Origin: Girardia tigrina
Taxonomy: Eukaryota
Assembly (NCBI GenBank): GCA_001938485.1
Contig: MQRK01185861.1
Location: 1 to 51,194 of the forward strand
Direction of reading: 5' to 3'
Length of the DNA stretch: 51,194 nucleotides
The notes below the pieces were generated by a model. The model saw only the letters and a list, made by a program, of their open reading frames with translations, was not told where the DNA came from and ran no database searches. A program made the translations under genes and the position numbers. The stretch's first letter is position 1, and each line of letters begins with the position of its first letter. Below are positions 9,596-23,879 of the stretch, piece after piece.

Positions 9596-10069
9596 TTTTT
9601 CAATTTTAAAATAACTTATCAGTTTATTTATATTTATAATTTAATATTTTTATATAAAACATCTGGTCAAAAAGAAAACGAAAAAGTTCCTCGACAAACA
9701 ATTTTTTATTAAAAAAATTGTTAACTAATAATTGTTTGAATAATTGTTAATTGCGTTATTAATAAATTTTTGGTGTTAATGAATTATAATCTTGATCAAG
9801 AACCCAACAATATTTATATACTAAAATTCTATATTTTTATTTATAAAAAACATATTTTATAATAATCGTCGGTTTTAATGACAAATGAAACATTTTACCG
9901 TGTGATTATTTCTGTAACCATTTCCTTTTGCTTTTTCGAATCACCTTTTTATTTGAGAAAAATTTAAATAAAAGTCCTGATTTAAAAAATGGCTTTTGAT
10001 TTTTCTCCTCAAGATTAATCTCCGGAATTATCCGTTGAGTTTCCACCATTACTATAATGGTATCCAAAG

Positions 10070-10450
10070 CAGCGGTGTAGCCAGGATTGCAGAGGGGGGG
10101 TGGAAAAAAATTCCTGAAAGATCTTTTTTTCAGGAGTGGGGGTGTCTTCCGATTTTAACCCTCTAAACTTAAACGATCCTTAAGCTCCTTAAACGTTCCT
10201 CGGACCTCCTTTTTTCTCCCCGATTAAAATCCAATCAAGGGTTTCTATATTAATCTTTGTTTTCAGCCTCGCCAGTAGGGCCGAAAACGTTGATTAAAAT
10301 GGTAACGCCCAATTGGATTTTAATTGGGGGAAAACGAGAGGTCCCGTTCCTCTAAGTTTTGTTTTTCGTAATATTTTTTTAAACAATTTTTAAGGCATTT
10401 TATCAGGGGGGTGGAAATCCACCCAATCACCCCCCCTGGCTACGCGCCTG
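10070..10450. mobile_element. hAT-type MITE
   Basis: TIRs CAGCGGTGTAGCCAGG / CCTGGCTACGCGCCTG; imperfect 8-bp TSD ATCCAAAG / ATCCGATG. Confidence 0.75.
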
Positions 10451-10959
10451 ATCCGATGTAAATATATCAACGACGTGCCGACACAGCTCCTAGCGTTTCA
10501 GCACGAAAAGACGAGATCACTGCCCCTCGAGCGATTCTTACCGATTTGTGGCGCTCAAAGCCCTCCGATGGGCCGAATACGAAAGCCGCGGGGATTAATC
10601 GATCACTCGATTCAATCCCATCAATCGACGCCCAAATCAATCGTCGATGTGGTAATATCGGTGGATCGTCGAGCGTCACCCACTCCGATCGACAGAGGCA
10701 GTGGCCACCTCTATAAAGACCGAGCCCACAGTAGCATACCACCATTAAAGGTCAAGTTAATAATTCCCCGTGTCTCCTTTCCTCCATTATTTAGAGACGT
10801 TAGTACACTTCAGACTTATTTTTTACAACGCTTATAAATAGTGTCTCATTTGAAGACAAATTTAAAATTTAAAAAACAAATTTTAAGACACAAAACATTT
10901 ATTTTATGAGAAGAAAAGACTAGAATCAAATACAAAAATTACGAAGACCAGTAAACTAT

Positions 10960-13480
10960 ATTTTGAAATATTCACAACACTGGTAAATTACCAATTTAAA
11001 CAAAAATAATTAAATCACACTCTCCCTTGCCTTCAAGGCACAAACACAGACGCTGTCCGTGCACTGCAAGGTTCCGCTTTTCTTTATTGCCTTCACCCCC
11101 GTGCAAACGTAGTCCGCGAAGTTTGCTGGTCTGGCAACTGTTCGTAGCGACCTCGGTTTGATCATCTCGTCAGCCAGCAGCTGGTCGCTCTCGCAGTCAT
11201 CCCTTGCTCGATCCCACGGCTGTTCGTCTTCATTGTCTGAACTATCACTGAGATAACACGTGTTCGTAATTGCAGGGGCAATTTGCGTCTCTGAAAGTTT
11301 CTCCGCTCGCTCTGTCGTCCCGCCCTGGGGTCCATGCCTGACGCATGACACGTGGTATGGAATGCTGTCGATCTCGACTTGATTAGTTCGGCGAATCCCG
11401 CTCACTACTGCACGTCTACACTGAGTCATGCATAACGCGTTAACCGGTTTCACGAACACTTCATCTCCCACACGTATTCCTTCCGATTCCACGATTTTTT
11501 CGTCATTTTAGTACGTCATTTAGTACGGCAAAGTCAATCGGTAGCGGCAGTCACNCCGCCGTTATGAAAATACAGTGGACGCCGGTATCACACCAGCCGA
11601 ATTTGGAGTTGCATTGTACCACGCTACCATGTCGTGGATTGGCTTTTTGCTCCGCGCCGCCATGCGCTTGATGGTTCAATGACAGCGTTCGACGATGCCA
11701 TTTCCACTGGGTCGGTTTGCGCACCGAAACAGCGATTCGATTCCCATTTTTGACAGCAGTTTCTGAATTCCTGCTCCTCGATGTGTCGTGAAATTATCCA
11801 ATAGAAGCTCTTGTGGTGGCCCGAACTCGTTGAACACCATTTTTAGAGCCGTACAAAGATCACCGTCGCATTCTAATGCAATTTTTCTACAAACCGCCCT
11901 AACCCGCAATCGACCAGTGTCATGTATTTCCCCTCTGAGGTGTGTGTCACGTCTATGGCAAGTCGCTACTATGTCTTTTTGACATTAGGCTCACCCCTCT
12001 CCCACCTAACCGGTGCTGGATCGATTGATGCGCACTGAGAGCATCTTTTTACCACTTCTCGCACTTGCTTTTCGGTCACGCACCCTGGGCCCCACAGTTT
12101 CCTCGCCAGGAATGACATTCGTTTCACCCCGAAATGGTGGATTTCGTGGAGCGTTTTTAGACCGTCTATCGGCCCCTGTTCCTCATCGACCATCACTGCT
12201 ACCGCGTCTATTTTTTCTTTTACTGCGGTGCCATTCGCTGGGAACTCGAGTCAGACGGTCTGCCTGGTTTTCTGCTGAGTCAAACAGCCTCCACTCAACG
12301 CTTAGCTGCTCCTCTTTGATTGTCTGCTTGATCACGCCGATGCACCGCCTTACGAGAAGCTCGCTCATCCCGCTGGATTTGATTGAACCATCACCCTTTG
12401 TTGAATTCTTTAACCACCGGAATACGGTGGCAGAATCGGTTATGATTTCTACTTCTTTTAACCCCCAAGTGACTGCTGCTTTTATCGCCTCGTTGGCCGC
12501 CTCCGGCTCTGCAAGATTGATGTGAGCGACATCGTCCTCCTTGCGAAGCCATGACGCATTTTCTACAACTGCTGTCCCTTTCTCTATACTATAGAGTCTA
12601 TAGCAGGGGTCTCAAACTCAAGCTATAATGAGGGCCGTGTGTGACAAAAAAAACCATAAGGGCCGCATGACTGAAAAATTTTCATACAATAATTCAAACA
12701 CATAAATCTAGATGTTAAAAGGAAAATCTGTAATTTTANNNNNNNNNNNNNNNNNNNNNNNNNNNNNNNNNNNNNNNNNNNNNNNNNNNNNNNNNNNNNN
12801 NNNNNNNNNNNNNNNNNNNNNNNNNNNNNNNNNNNTGTTACTGTGAAATCAAGCCAATCATGATTTTAATTGTTAAATAAGTTTGGTTAAATTATAAATC
12901 TATGTTTTTTCGTTGCGGGCCGCCAAATATAACGCAGCGGGCCGCGTGTTTGAGACCCCTAGTCTATAGAGATACCAGTTGCGATTGGACTCGCGACACA
13001 CCGCACTCAACCTCGATTTTGATCGGGTACTTCCCACCTTCCATTCACTGGGTCTTCGTTTTTGAGCCGCTCCTCAATCTTTATTGCGATATCCACTGCT
13101 CGCAGTTCCACAGTCTCGTCCGAACCACCGAGACAGGCCATTATTTTCAGGAAACTGCATGCCGGTCTCAGCCAGCCGCAAACTGGAAAATGGCCCACCA
13201 GATATGCGACCCACGAAAACAATTTTCGTTGCGTCAGTCGATCCGGCAATTCTGGAACCTGGCCGTCTCTGCGCCATCGCAGCTCACCGTCAATCTTGCT
13301 TACAGCAAGTCCGAGCACTCTGCCTCCGTCAATTTTTACCGGCGGTTTTGTTTCCAGCCCGAAACTGTCGAGCACCTCTTTCACTTGCTGGACGGATACT
13401 TTGGTACTGTCGATAATGATATAGTCATAGTACGCGTCTGCAGCCTCCTTGACATACGGGTCCGCTCCGACATATTTCAA
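10960..13480 (-). mobile_element. Degenerate Gypsy pol fragment (RT end, RNase H, integrase) with probable PPT and 3' LTR remnant
   Basis: RNase H HINLAE..ITDSATV..NQADRLTR; integrase HEIHHFGV..CSQC, GPPQELLLDN, RPSGNGIVERCH; GGGGG-TGAAGG on - near 11096. Confidence 0.85.
12604..12961. mobile_element. hAT (Charlie/Buster-like) MITE inserted in the Gypsy RNase H region
   Basis: TIRs CAGGGGTCTCAAAC / GTTTGAGACCCCTA; perfect TSD GTCTATAG at 12596-12603 and 12962-12969. Confidence 0.9.
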
Positions 13481-13504
13481 TCAACATTCAATGTTTATTC
13501 AAGT

Positions 13505-14830
13505 ACAGCGCTATCCTATTTGTAAATGGAATTAATTGATCCCCAATGTCATCCGTAATTGAAAACTATATTTCTAGAACTAGATGATAAGGTACAATTG
13601 TATGCAAAATTTATTGAAAACGTTCCATATATCCAAATTTAAGAAGATTCGCCGCTAAAATTAGAATTGCTTTTCCTAGTAGTGTACTACGCAAACACTT
13701 TTTTTTCGAAAATGACAAAAACAAATATCGTAGATCAATTATTTATACGAATTTACATAACCAATTGCTAATAGCAACATTTAAAATCGAAATTCATATG
13801 AATGATTCAGTCAAGCAGGTAGAGAAACAAGTTTCTCATTAATCCATTTTTAATAATATTCAATCAATGATTATATACAAAAATTGCATTATAGATTTTT
13901 TTACGGCTCATGAAATTTGACATTTGTTTAAACTGTGGCTCTCTATACAGTTTGGATACGCCAGTTCTGATTTAATGGGACAACTAATGCTAACATTTCC
14001 GGGACTTAATCAAAAAGGTGTGGTGCAGAAGACATTGAAAAGTTGCAAGAACTAATTAAAGAAAATCCAATTAGCAACCCAAAAGCATTATCAATCAATG
14101 CACAAACAAATTGAAAGTAAAAGGTGCAAAAGATACTGAAAATGAACTGAAAGTGACACTATAAAAAATGGAACAGTACCTTTTGCTTAGTGAACGATCA
14201 ATAGAGGAAGAAAAGGAATTCTGTTTGAAATTGTTTTAAACAGCTTCAGATGAGCTGTTTTAAGCTACTTTCTCTTCACAGATGAATCAATGTTGGACAT
14301 TAACCCAATATTAAAAAAACGAAATTTTCGTTTTTGCAGTTTTGTTTCATGACAACATGTATTTTTCAAAAACAAATCGTATGGGTCGGCTTTACCAAAA
14401 ATATTATTCTTGGTCCTTAGTGGTTTAAGATTAGTTTGACACGTGACAGATATTGTGATATCTTATAAATGATTTTGTAATTCCTCAGCTCAAAGCAAAG
14501 CGTAAATTTTCGCAAAATGTATTTCAGCAAGATAAAGCTAGGTCACACAAATCGAGTCAAACCTTAAAACCTTTTAAATCTTACTTTAATGGGGGACTCT
14601 TCTTAGGAGGAAATGATTTTTCAGGTTTGATTATTCACCCGATTTATCGTCACTTGATAAGCTATGTATATCATCTTCGGTAAGGTTCCATATTGAAAAA
14701 TTTTATCTATGTATCGCGAGGCTGGTGGTGATGGGTTTAGAATCTAATCTATTCAAGTGAAATGAAATCGTAATTTACAAAAACGTTGTGAGTGAAAGCC
14801 ACTTATTTTGTTTCCAATTTTAAGTTTGTC
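13505..14830 (+). mobile_element. Highly degenerate Tc1/mariner transposase
   Basis: Manual translation FTDES (~14275), FQQDKARSH (~14522), YSPDLSSLD (~14632); boundaries approximate. Confidence 0.7.
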
Positions 14831-15249
14831 GTTCAAATATGAAATCTCGTATGTTCATTATGTTTGTTTGTTCGTATACTAAAAATCTTGCAAACGATTT
14901 TTCATTGACTTCCCGTAGTCTGAATGAGCTAAGATGTGCACAGTTGCGTAATCCCGAGGACAACAGATGAATTAATTAAGAGATATAGTAAATAATTCAT
15001 TAACTTGTCATTTTTGCAAGTAGAAGTCGTTTATAAAAATACATAATCGAAGCCTTCTCTACAAGCGTTGTTTTTTTAAAAGTCTTTTTTATATGTTACT
15101 TTTTTATTTAATGGAGTATGGAGAAATAAACTTTAAAACAATCCTATAGAGAAAAAAAGTTAATTAACGGATTTAGTTTTATAGATTTTTGAGTTATACT
15201 CAATGAGAATAGAATTTCGATTGCTTCTAAATTATAAGAGAAGCTTAAT

Positions 15250-17457
15250 TTGAACAAACTCCAGGCAATGTGAGGAATTGTAAGATGCTGTCCGAATTTT
15301 GTATCCGATAATACCAATTAGGCCTATGACAGACACCAAACGTCTTTTTGCCGGTACAATCATATGGGTCTTCTGATTTTACATAGAATAGCCATAATAT
15401 CTGCTTGTACGTTCTTTTAATCTCGTTTCGTCTATAAAGATCAAATTCTACCAATATCTCTAATCTGTATTTTCTGCGAAGTAATTCTCTCATACAGAAT
15501 TTAAACAGTATTTTACATGTAATTTATTTTACAGGTATTTTACTTTTCTTTTATCTTCTTCAAATGGATGTTTAAGAAATCAAGGAGTATGTGAATTTTT
15601 CATGAATAGTTTTGATTTCAATTAGAATGAACGAATTATCTCTTCTCACTATATTAGCTAAACTTTGCTCTGTTACATCCACTGTTTCATTTAGCATTCC
15701 TTGGTCTTCTTATATTTTAGTGCTGCAGATACAAAACTAAAATCTTCATGCTAATTTCAGAGCATCTTACTAGTCGTTTACCGAATGAGACAAGGGATTT
15801 CTGCAATAATTTTGATTTTGTTTTTTGGGCCAAGATTTACCTTATCATAAAGCTCTGTGGTCACAATCTTTCGTGTTTCCTTGATTTAGTGAAATTAATA
15901 ACGTTTTCTATGGATAAATGTAGAACGACAATATTATATGCTTTTTATGTATAAATAGATCTGTAAATTGAATATAGACTTGCAAACCCTTTAATTTAAA
16001 ATCAATAGGCTTTATGTACTGCCGAAAAAACAGTCGTCTCTTCCACAGCATCATTGATTCATCAATGCAGAGCTCTTTGCCAGGATAGTATATTTCACCC
16101 ATCATTTTATGGAAATGGTCAATTAAATTCCGAATTTTGAAGAGAGGGTCTGTAGGTTTTTGGTCTCCTGTATTCGGGTTTCTTCAAAAGTGCAATGTCC
16201 TTAAAATAGATTGAAATCAATCTCTCTTCATCGTTCCGGGAAAAAAGGAAAGTCATACAACTTACTTATTTTTCGCCAGTAATTGTCTAATTTTCCACGG
16301 ACTTGTACATATCCCATGTGCAATACTAGTCCAAGAAATTTTTCGAACTCTTCTCTTGATATATCTCTCCATTTCATTATCCTGGCCTTCTTTCTTTTCT
16401 CCCGAATCGCTGTTTCAACCATCTGCTGCCCATAAGCATTAGTTTCTTCGATAACCAATGAAAAAAACTCGTCATCAAAAAGCAGCCGAAAGAAATCAAT
16501 AGATTCAGCTCCTACGTTTTTATTTAGATGCCCTGTAGCGTGAGATAAGCCTATGCTCTGGAGATCAAGCTTAGCTTCTAATCAAACCTCTTGAGGAACA
16601 TCTGGTCTCGCAATCACAACTGTGTTTTCCTCTTCATCTGAAGATGAAGACTCTTCAGAAGACTCCTCAGATGCTGGAACTGTAGTTTCTGGTCCACTGG
16701 TGCCATCTCCGTTGCTGAAAGAACGTCCTGCAGTATCATTTACCCACTCGTCCTCGCTATCATCCCCAAAGATGTCATCCTCATCCTCTTCCTCAAACAT
16801 AATGCGCATTATTTCTTCAGTGTCAGAAAAAAACTTTGCTAGCTGACCTCTTTGACCTTTTGGCAGTTGAAGATGCCTTTCATCATCATCAGACATCTAA
16901 AAAAGTATGAAGGATGTAAAATTTCAATAAATTAGCGATTACGAATATTTATAAGTGGATGAGAATACATTTCCTATTTTATATCAAATATGATAGTTGT
17001 TATAACAATTATGCGTTATTGATCATCAAAATTATCATTAGGAATTTTAAAAAAAAATCAATTATATTTATTATCAAAAGTTTCAAAAATTACTATTTTT
17101 GAACGTTTTCTAAACTAAAGAATATTTACGTCGCTTTTAGTATTATTACTAAAAGCTTTATTATAAATATGTTTAGAATGAACTAAAGTTTATACAGAAT
17201 ATCGATATGAATTTACCTTGAAGCTGAATTATGGAACTGGAGGAAGATAAATAAGTAAACTGCTCAGCGGGTGATTCTACATTGAATATGAAACTGTAAA
17301 TGAACCGCCAAGACAAAAACTTGAGATAAAGCTTTCGGGCGAGTTTCTCGGGTATCCGCGGAAATCATATATGGTCATGACGCATATGAAGCGTCACTTG
17401 GCGCTCCGCTGTAATACTCATATGACGCAGACGTCTGCGTCATTCGCACTCAAAGTG
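15250..17457 (-). mobile_element. Degenerate piggyBac element
   Basis: PGKELCIDESMMLWKRRLFFRQYI and WRDISREEFEKFLGL..NYW; acidic N-terminus; TTAA at 17458-17461 with subterminal ATGACGC...GCGTCAT palindromes; other end not found. Confidence 0.85.
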
Positions 17458-17482
17458 TTAAAAATTCTTATTTAAAAATTAT

Positions 17483-18100
17483 ACAGAGTGTTCCAAAGGT
17501 AATGGGAGGAAATTATTTTATATGCATATCTGACAAAATAAAAAAATGCAAAGTTAATGGTACTGCAGTATCTGTCAACATTTAAAGAGTGTTCTGAATT
17601 GGAATACATTTGCAGTTGTTTTATCTGCCAGTCGATGTACTGTTCAAAGCGCTCATACGCTGCATGACATGCTGTTTTGACTATGTTCTGTTGTATTTCT
17701 TTAATGCTTCACTCGATCTTGTCTCGAAGCTCAGCAATGGTATAATGGCGGTACTCATGCTTCTTNNNNNNNNNNNNNNNNNNNNNNNNNNNNNNNNNNN
17801 NNNNNNNNNNNNNNNNNNNCCATTGGACCGCCTCTACCGATCCATCGCTGAGGAAACTTTTGGTTGAGCCAGCTGCGTAGGGGACAGAAGCCCCGTCACA
17901 AGTCATAATAAACACATATTAAAACTCACCTTTGTCATTCTTCTGCATCATAAACTCTCGAGAGCTCTATGTCTGTCATTGCACATACTTTTCATTTTCT
18001 TATGCAAAGAACTTTTGAAATTCGGAAATTGTCTAAAAGTTAAATAATTCCTATATTTTTTCGAAGAATTATAGTTTCAACCTAAAATTACAGATGACAA
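17483..18100 (-). mobile_element. Tc1/mariner fragment
   Basis: TA-CAGAGTGTTCC terminus; DGA motif and TIAELRDKIE C-terminal segment around an N gap. Confidence 0.6.
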
Positions 18101-18659
18101 AACACTGCTTGATTACACAAAGTCCGCAGAAAAGATGGATATGATGCTGTTTCTCAAATAATACTCATGCTGAGGGCCAGTTTTAAATAGGAAAATGTTT
18201 TTTAATTCTAGAAATCCTTTTTACAATGATGATTTATTTTTTATATTGTTAATGTTCTGAAAATATTACATCAAAATTTTAAATAGAAAAATTTATAGAA
18301 AAGTTTCAAATGATTTTAAAAAGAAAATGCAAAATTTTGAACTTAAATAATATTCGTACTAAAAAAAATCAATTTAATATTCTGGAATATTATATATGTG
18401 AGATATTATAGAATTAAATTTAAATTAATGAAATGAAATATTACACAATCACCAAATTTAGAATAATTCTAAATTTGTATTATATAACAATTACGGGGTC
18501 GAGAGCAGAGTTAACCTTTGACTCTCCATTTATTCTGTATATAACTGATGTATGTGTGTTTGTGATTTAGTTTTATTTAAATATATTTCAGTGCAGTTCT
18601 TTTGTCTTATAACAATATAATTTGTTTTACTAAACTAATTTAGTAAATAGAGAATAATA

Positions 18660-19700
18660 ACTATATAAACAAGTAAATGCAGGTAGATGCAAGTAGATGC
18701 ATTCTAAATGGTGTTTTACTTTCGTAACACTTACATCCCATTTCCAAATTTGACTGCTTTCATAACAGGTGGGGATGTTCTGGTTAAAATGAAGCACAAA
18801 GAACTGTTAAGTCTTCCTGTATCAGGTTCTAATGGTTACCTGTATTCTTTCAAAATTCATGGGGGAATAGGTCTTACATCTACTTTTGATGAATATCTTG
18901 TGCAATTGATCGATCAATCTTACTGCCTTCTAACATCACCAGATGTCTTTGTGAAAGAAGCTGCTCGAATTACTTTGCAACATGCTTCAAAACTGATAAA
19001 CCGTGCAAGTATTCTTGACTGGGTCCTTACGCTTTATCAACAATGGGTTTTTGGATCCTGGTAGAATAAAATTCAACATGCCATCCATGTTCTACATGAG
19101 AAATATGGGATCACCGTCAAATTTGGCGACATAAATCTCTCATTATCTCCATCTTTCTATAGAAGGATTTGCATCAGGTTTCTTCTACCATTAGTTAAAA
19201 GAATAAGAATAAGATTGCTATCTTTCTTCGAAAGTGTCTCTCTCTTCACTATCTTCATCACTGGAAGAAGCAAACAAATGCTGGTCGTTCCATCTCCACT
19301 CTCTTTTTCTGGTTTCTCAACTTCTGTTGTTTTCAATAGTCGTCTTTCCTACTCTGAATGGGATTTTGTTCATTGTAGCCGGTCCTGTACACTTCAAGTT
19401 GGATGCCGTTTCCAGAAAGTTGTTGTTTGTCCTAGGTTTAAAGACTACAATGAGACTTTGGCTCGTGTTGTTTCTCATTGCAGTACTCTTCAGGCTTATA
19501 TAAATGCTTGCCATGACAAAGTGGTTGATAGTTTAAAGACTGAAATCCAAGAGTATTGCAATACTGAACTGTATGTTAATGTCACCTGCAGAATTTTTTT
19601 TCAACCCTGAGGGTTGATTTGCAAGTGTTTTTTCCTTATCATAAGCTGATAATATTGATTGATGTCAAGTGTCCCAAATTCTTAAAAGCAAGAAGGGAAT
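18660..19700 (+). mobile_element. 3' fragment of a restriction-like-endonuclease non-LTR retrotransposon (R2/NeSL-type)
   Basis: YLYS..HGGIGL; eroded zinc knuckle CPRFKDYNETLARVVSHC followed by HD; RVDL...LIDVKCP endonuclease motif at ~19610-19676. Confidence 0.7.
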
Positions 19701-22700
19701 GTGCAAGCTAATAGTTTGATGCGGGGCTAAAGCATTTACGGATATTCCTTCTCGTGCTCGATTGCCTCTTTCAGTCGTTCAGATATGGTTCCTTTGATCA
19801 GGTGCGCTTTATGAGAGTGAATATGTATTTAAAAAATATATATAAGATGCGCTTTGATCAATGCGCTCTCTCATCAGTTGCTTTTTACGGCCGCTGATTC
19901 TGTGATTTTCTGAGGCGATCTCAGAGTTTAGAACTCTTCGAACCTCAGTTACACCCTTCCTTGAATTGTATTCATAGAATACTATGCGTCTTTTGGCTAG
20001 AATCATTCTTGCCCCAGTCAGTCCAATCGTTATGTCCTTATTCCGTATCCTGTCGAGTTTGGTCTTCTTGAGAGCTGTCCTCGTGCGCAATTACAGAAGG
20101 CTTGTAACCGTGCAACGTCCTTCTCAGGCGTTGCCCAGCACTCACTACCATAATAGACCACAGGGTAAATACTAGTTTCAATCAGTTTTCTCTTCAATAC
20201 TATTGGGACGCGGTTACTCTGAATGACAGGTGGCAATTTTTTAATCTTCCGCTTTCAATTTTGTATTCGTTGACTAATATCCCGGTTGCAGCTACCACTA
20301 GTGGTCAATATATTTCCGAGATAACAAAATTCTTTCACCCATTCTATGACCTTCTCACCACATTTGACTTGCGATATTCAAAAGCCTGATTTGCTAGTAA
20401 GGCACATGAATCTTGTCTTAGTAGCACTTATTGTCAGTCCATCTCCAGAAATGTGCTCCTTAGTGTATCCAGGTTTTTACGGGCTCAATCAATATCAGAG
20501 TCGATGATACAGATGTCATCTGCATATGCAAGTCTGTTCATTTGAAAATCAGTGCCTTGCTCATCGATCAGGGTGACACCTCTCCCGAATCCTTTCAGTA
20601 TAACCGTTTTGATCACTTCATCGAAGACCAAGTTGAATAAACTAGGTCCGATCAAACATTCCTGCCTAACACCTCTTTCCATTGGACAATTACTGTTCCC
20701 TACAGTCGCAATAAAATTCTCATGAAATTCTTTGATAAGACAGAGAATCTTGTCGGCTAAGCCGAATCTTTTCAGGCAATCCCACAGAACTTCGCGCGGG
20801 ACATTGTCAAATGCCTTTTCAATCAATGAAGATCACATATACCTTCTGGTTCCTGTATCGACCTTCTTCCTGTATACGCTTGAGAATACTAATGGCCTGA
20901 AACGCGCCTCTTTTCGGCCTAAAACCAAATTGCCAGGGATCTAGTCTTTCTTCCATCACCGGTAGGATTCTATTTACGATGATTTGCGCAAAATCCTTAC
21001 CAGTAAATTCTAAGAGAAAGATACCCCTATAGTTTTTCGGTTCGGATCTTGTACCTTTTCCTTTGAATAACGTCACCCCTTTAGCACTCCTGCAAGCCAG
21101 TGGAAATTCATGAACACCATTCCATATCAGTTCAAAATCAAGCTTCAGTTTGTCAACGAGGGGTTGCCAGCTCCACTTTAGAACTTCAGTAATAACTCTA
21201 CTCGATCCGGGCGCCTTCCTATTACTCAGCTGCGATATAGCAAGCTTTATTTCAGCGTCGTCAGGAGAGTCAACACTAACGCATCATTCCCCCTGCTTCG
21301 AAAAGCTTTTGATAGTGACCAGCCATGAGCTCATTGGATACAGAAGGAACCGGTGTAAACAGCGTGTGTATCTTTGTATCCGAATTCACTAAAATTTGCA
21401 GTTCAAGATAGTCCGTTCAATTTTTCTTGAAATTACAGGCGTTTATGGACTTTTCAATCGCATTGCTAAGATCAATCATCCTTTCTAGCTTCCATTTCCT
21501 AATGGAATTTCTTACCTCGTTCCGCGCTGCTCTCCAGGTTTGGAGATTCTCAGGGGAAGGGTGCAATGTCCATTTCAGCCTTTTATAATTTCTTTCATTA
21601 ATTAGCTGATTTATTTCAGTTTTATGTTCATGTAACCAATTTCCTTTCAGAGGGGGGCCTTCTACCTTCCGGTACCTGTCCAGTAATTTTGTAATTACCT
21701 TCTCGGTATTATTCCATCCGGGTTCAGTATCAACAATGATACGTTGAAGTTGAACTGACAAATATTCTTGGTCCTTGATAACAAAATCTTTCTGAACGTT
21801 TTTAGGCAGTCCAGTTTTAGGTTTCCAAGCCATCGGTGCTGTTTTATATCTTTTTGGATACAAAACTACGCAATCGTGATCAGAGCTGCAGTCATAAAGA
21901 TATTTCAATTGAACATCTTTAACTTTACCCATGTTGTTTTCATGCACTAGGAAGTAATCAAGAAGGTTCCTCTTCTTTGTAGCAGGATGGGTCCAGCTGG
22001 TACTTTACCGTTCATTATGACAGAAGAAAGTGTTCACAACTTTCATACATCTCTCCTCGGCCGGTAATACTAATCTTTTCTCATCGTCACCGTATCCGCA
22101 ATCGGTGGGTGAGTAAATACCCACGATAATCACTTTGTAAGAACCAATCTTGGGTTTAAAAAGTTTTCCCGAGAAGGCTTCAAACTCTACATCAACTGTA
22201 GGTAGTCTGCTCAGTAGACCGACCCCTCTTTCCCTTTTCTGTCCCATTCAAGGCCCGCTGTTGTAAAGGGTTCACTTATCATACTTTTCCGTCACGACGT
22301 CCCATTTATGTGTTTCTGTCAGGATAGTTGCATCAACATTTAGTTTTTCAAAAGTGTTTATGACGCTTAAAACTTTCTCATCATCAAAACCACGCACATT
22401 CCATGTACAGACTTTTAAACCAAAATGCGAACCATGCCTAGGGGGACACCGGACCGGTCCCCAATTAGCCCGAGATCCTATTGTTTTGCAAGCGATCTCA
22501 GCGTTCTCTATATTTGTCAAATTTTTCGTTGCAATGGATTTTAAGGTGCCCATGGATTGCAAGCCCATGCTGAGAGGCACCCCTTCTCGAGTTTGGTTGG
22601 TTATCCAGGACCGCAACGACGACACATCGAGAAGGGGAGAAATATACTCATATAAGCACATATCTCTCAGTCCCAAATATTGTAGATCGACGTTATTGCA

Positions 22701-22760
22701 TATAACGAAATCCTTTCTTCTAAAAAAGCCAGTAATGAACAATGACCAAGTGATATGAGT
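19700..22760 (-). mobile_element. Near full-length degenerate LINE (RTE-like, APE plus RT)
   Basis: LKVCTWNVRG..ILTETH (APE); NYRGIFLL, QFGFRPKR, EKAFDNVPR, GVRQEC, LAYADD, YYGSECW; many frameshifts. Confidence 0.92.
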
Positions 22761-22989
22761 TGTATTAGTGGTATTTCGATGATATTATAAATTTTTTTAT
22801 TGTAATGATAATTAATTTAATTTTTTAACTGTAAAAATAAAAACTCTTAAATGAAATAATTATTACGTGATATTATATCCCCGTAATATTTTTTGCGTAC
22901 GCGCCTGATGAAATTGGAAGGCATGATTACAATAACTTAAAATAGTTATAATTTTTAATTAACTTAACATTTTAATAATTGAAAACGTT

Positions 22990-23450
22990 CAATAAGCAAG
23001 GTGGACACAAATGAAACACCAAAACATAGTCTAAAGCTCAACATTCATGAAAAGAAGCTGATGGTGAATGTTTTGTGGTCTACAGCAGTTGTAATCCATT
23101 ATGACTTCAGCAAACATGTTTCGTCGATCATAGCAGATATCTACTAAAACCAATTGAACGATTGGATGCTTAAACACAAAACAAATATCAGAGTTTGGTA
23201 AACAGGTCGACTCCCATGTTGCTCCACGACAATGAACAACCACATACAGCACTTAAGACCGTGACACAACTAAAAAACTTGAATTGGAACTTTTGCATCA
23301 TCCTCCATACTCACCAGACGGCTTTTTCAATTTCTTCATCAATTTGAATAAATTTTTAATAAGAAAAAATGCGATTCCGAAGATGACATGAAAATGACCT
23401 TCCAGGAATTTATAGATTCTCACTTAACCTAATTTTATTCAAATGGCCTT
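22990..23450 (+). mobile_element. Mariner transposase fragment
   Basis: Manual translation LLHDNEQPHTA (~23218) and LHHPPYSPD (~23293). Confidence 0.75.
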
Positions 23451-23879
23451 GAATATAAACATTTATTAACAATACAAACAGATTCTTCACAACAATTCCC
23501 AGTAAGCATCTTTCTTTGATTGATATAGTTTTTGTTTCTGTATTCAAATCTAAAAAACAATAAATGGAAATTTTATAATATTAACTTTTAATTTCTCATA
23601 AGTTTTTGAATAAAAAGTCATTACATAATTTTTTAAATAAACATTAATTTTTAAAATATATTAAATTTAATAAGTTACAATCGTTTACTAAAAAAATTAT
23701 TAAAATACATAATTATAAAACTTCAATTAATTAGTACTTAAAATTAATATCATTATTTTAATTTCATTAGATTCAAATAATCAATCCCATCTGAGTAGGA
23801 GAGTCACAAATATAAACAGCATACAAACAACAAACTTACAACATTCCAAATTTTCCCTCACATCGAACATATTGTTATT

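Noticed and set aside
10460-10840. GC-rich block with overlapping ORFs on both strands
   Set aside because: No recognisable protein; probably an LTR/TE remnant, but no termini or TSD could be fixed.
12013-13525. Several + strand ORFs of 110-207 aa
   Set aside because: Antisense shadows of the GC-rich Gypsy pol on the minus strand.
16582-16896. Acidic 104-aa ORF as a host gene
   Set aside because: Position and composition fit the acidic N-terminus of the piggyBac transposase.
23105-23140. GAAACATGT hammerhead-like motif on the minus strand
   Set aside because: No proper CUGANGA box; it lies in mariner coding sequence.
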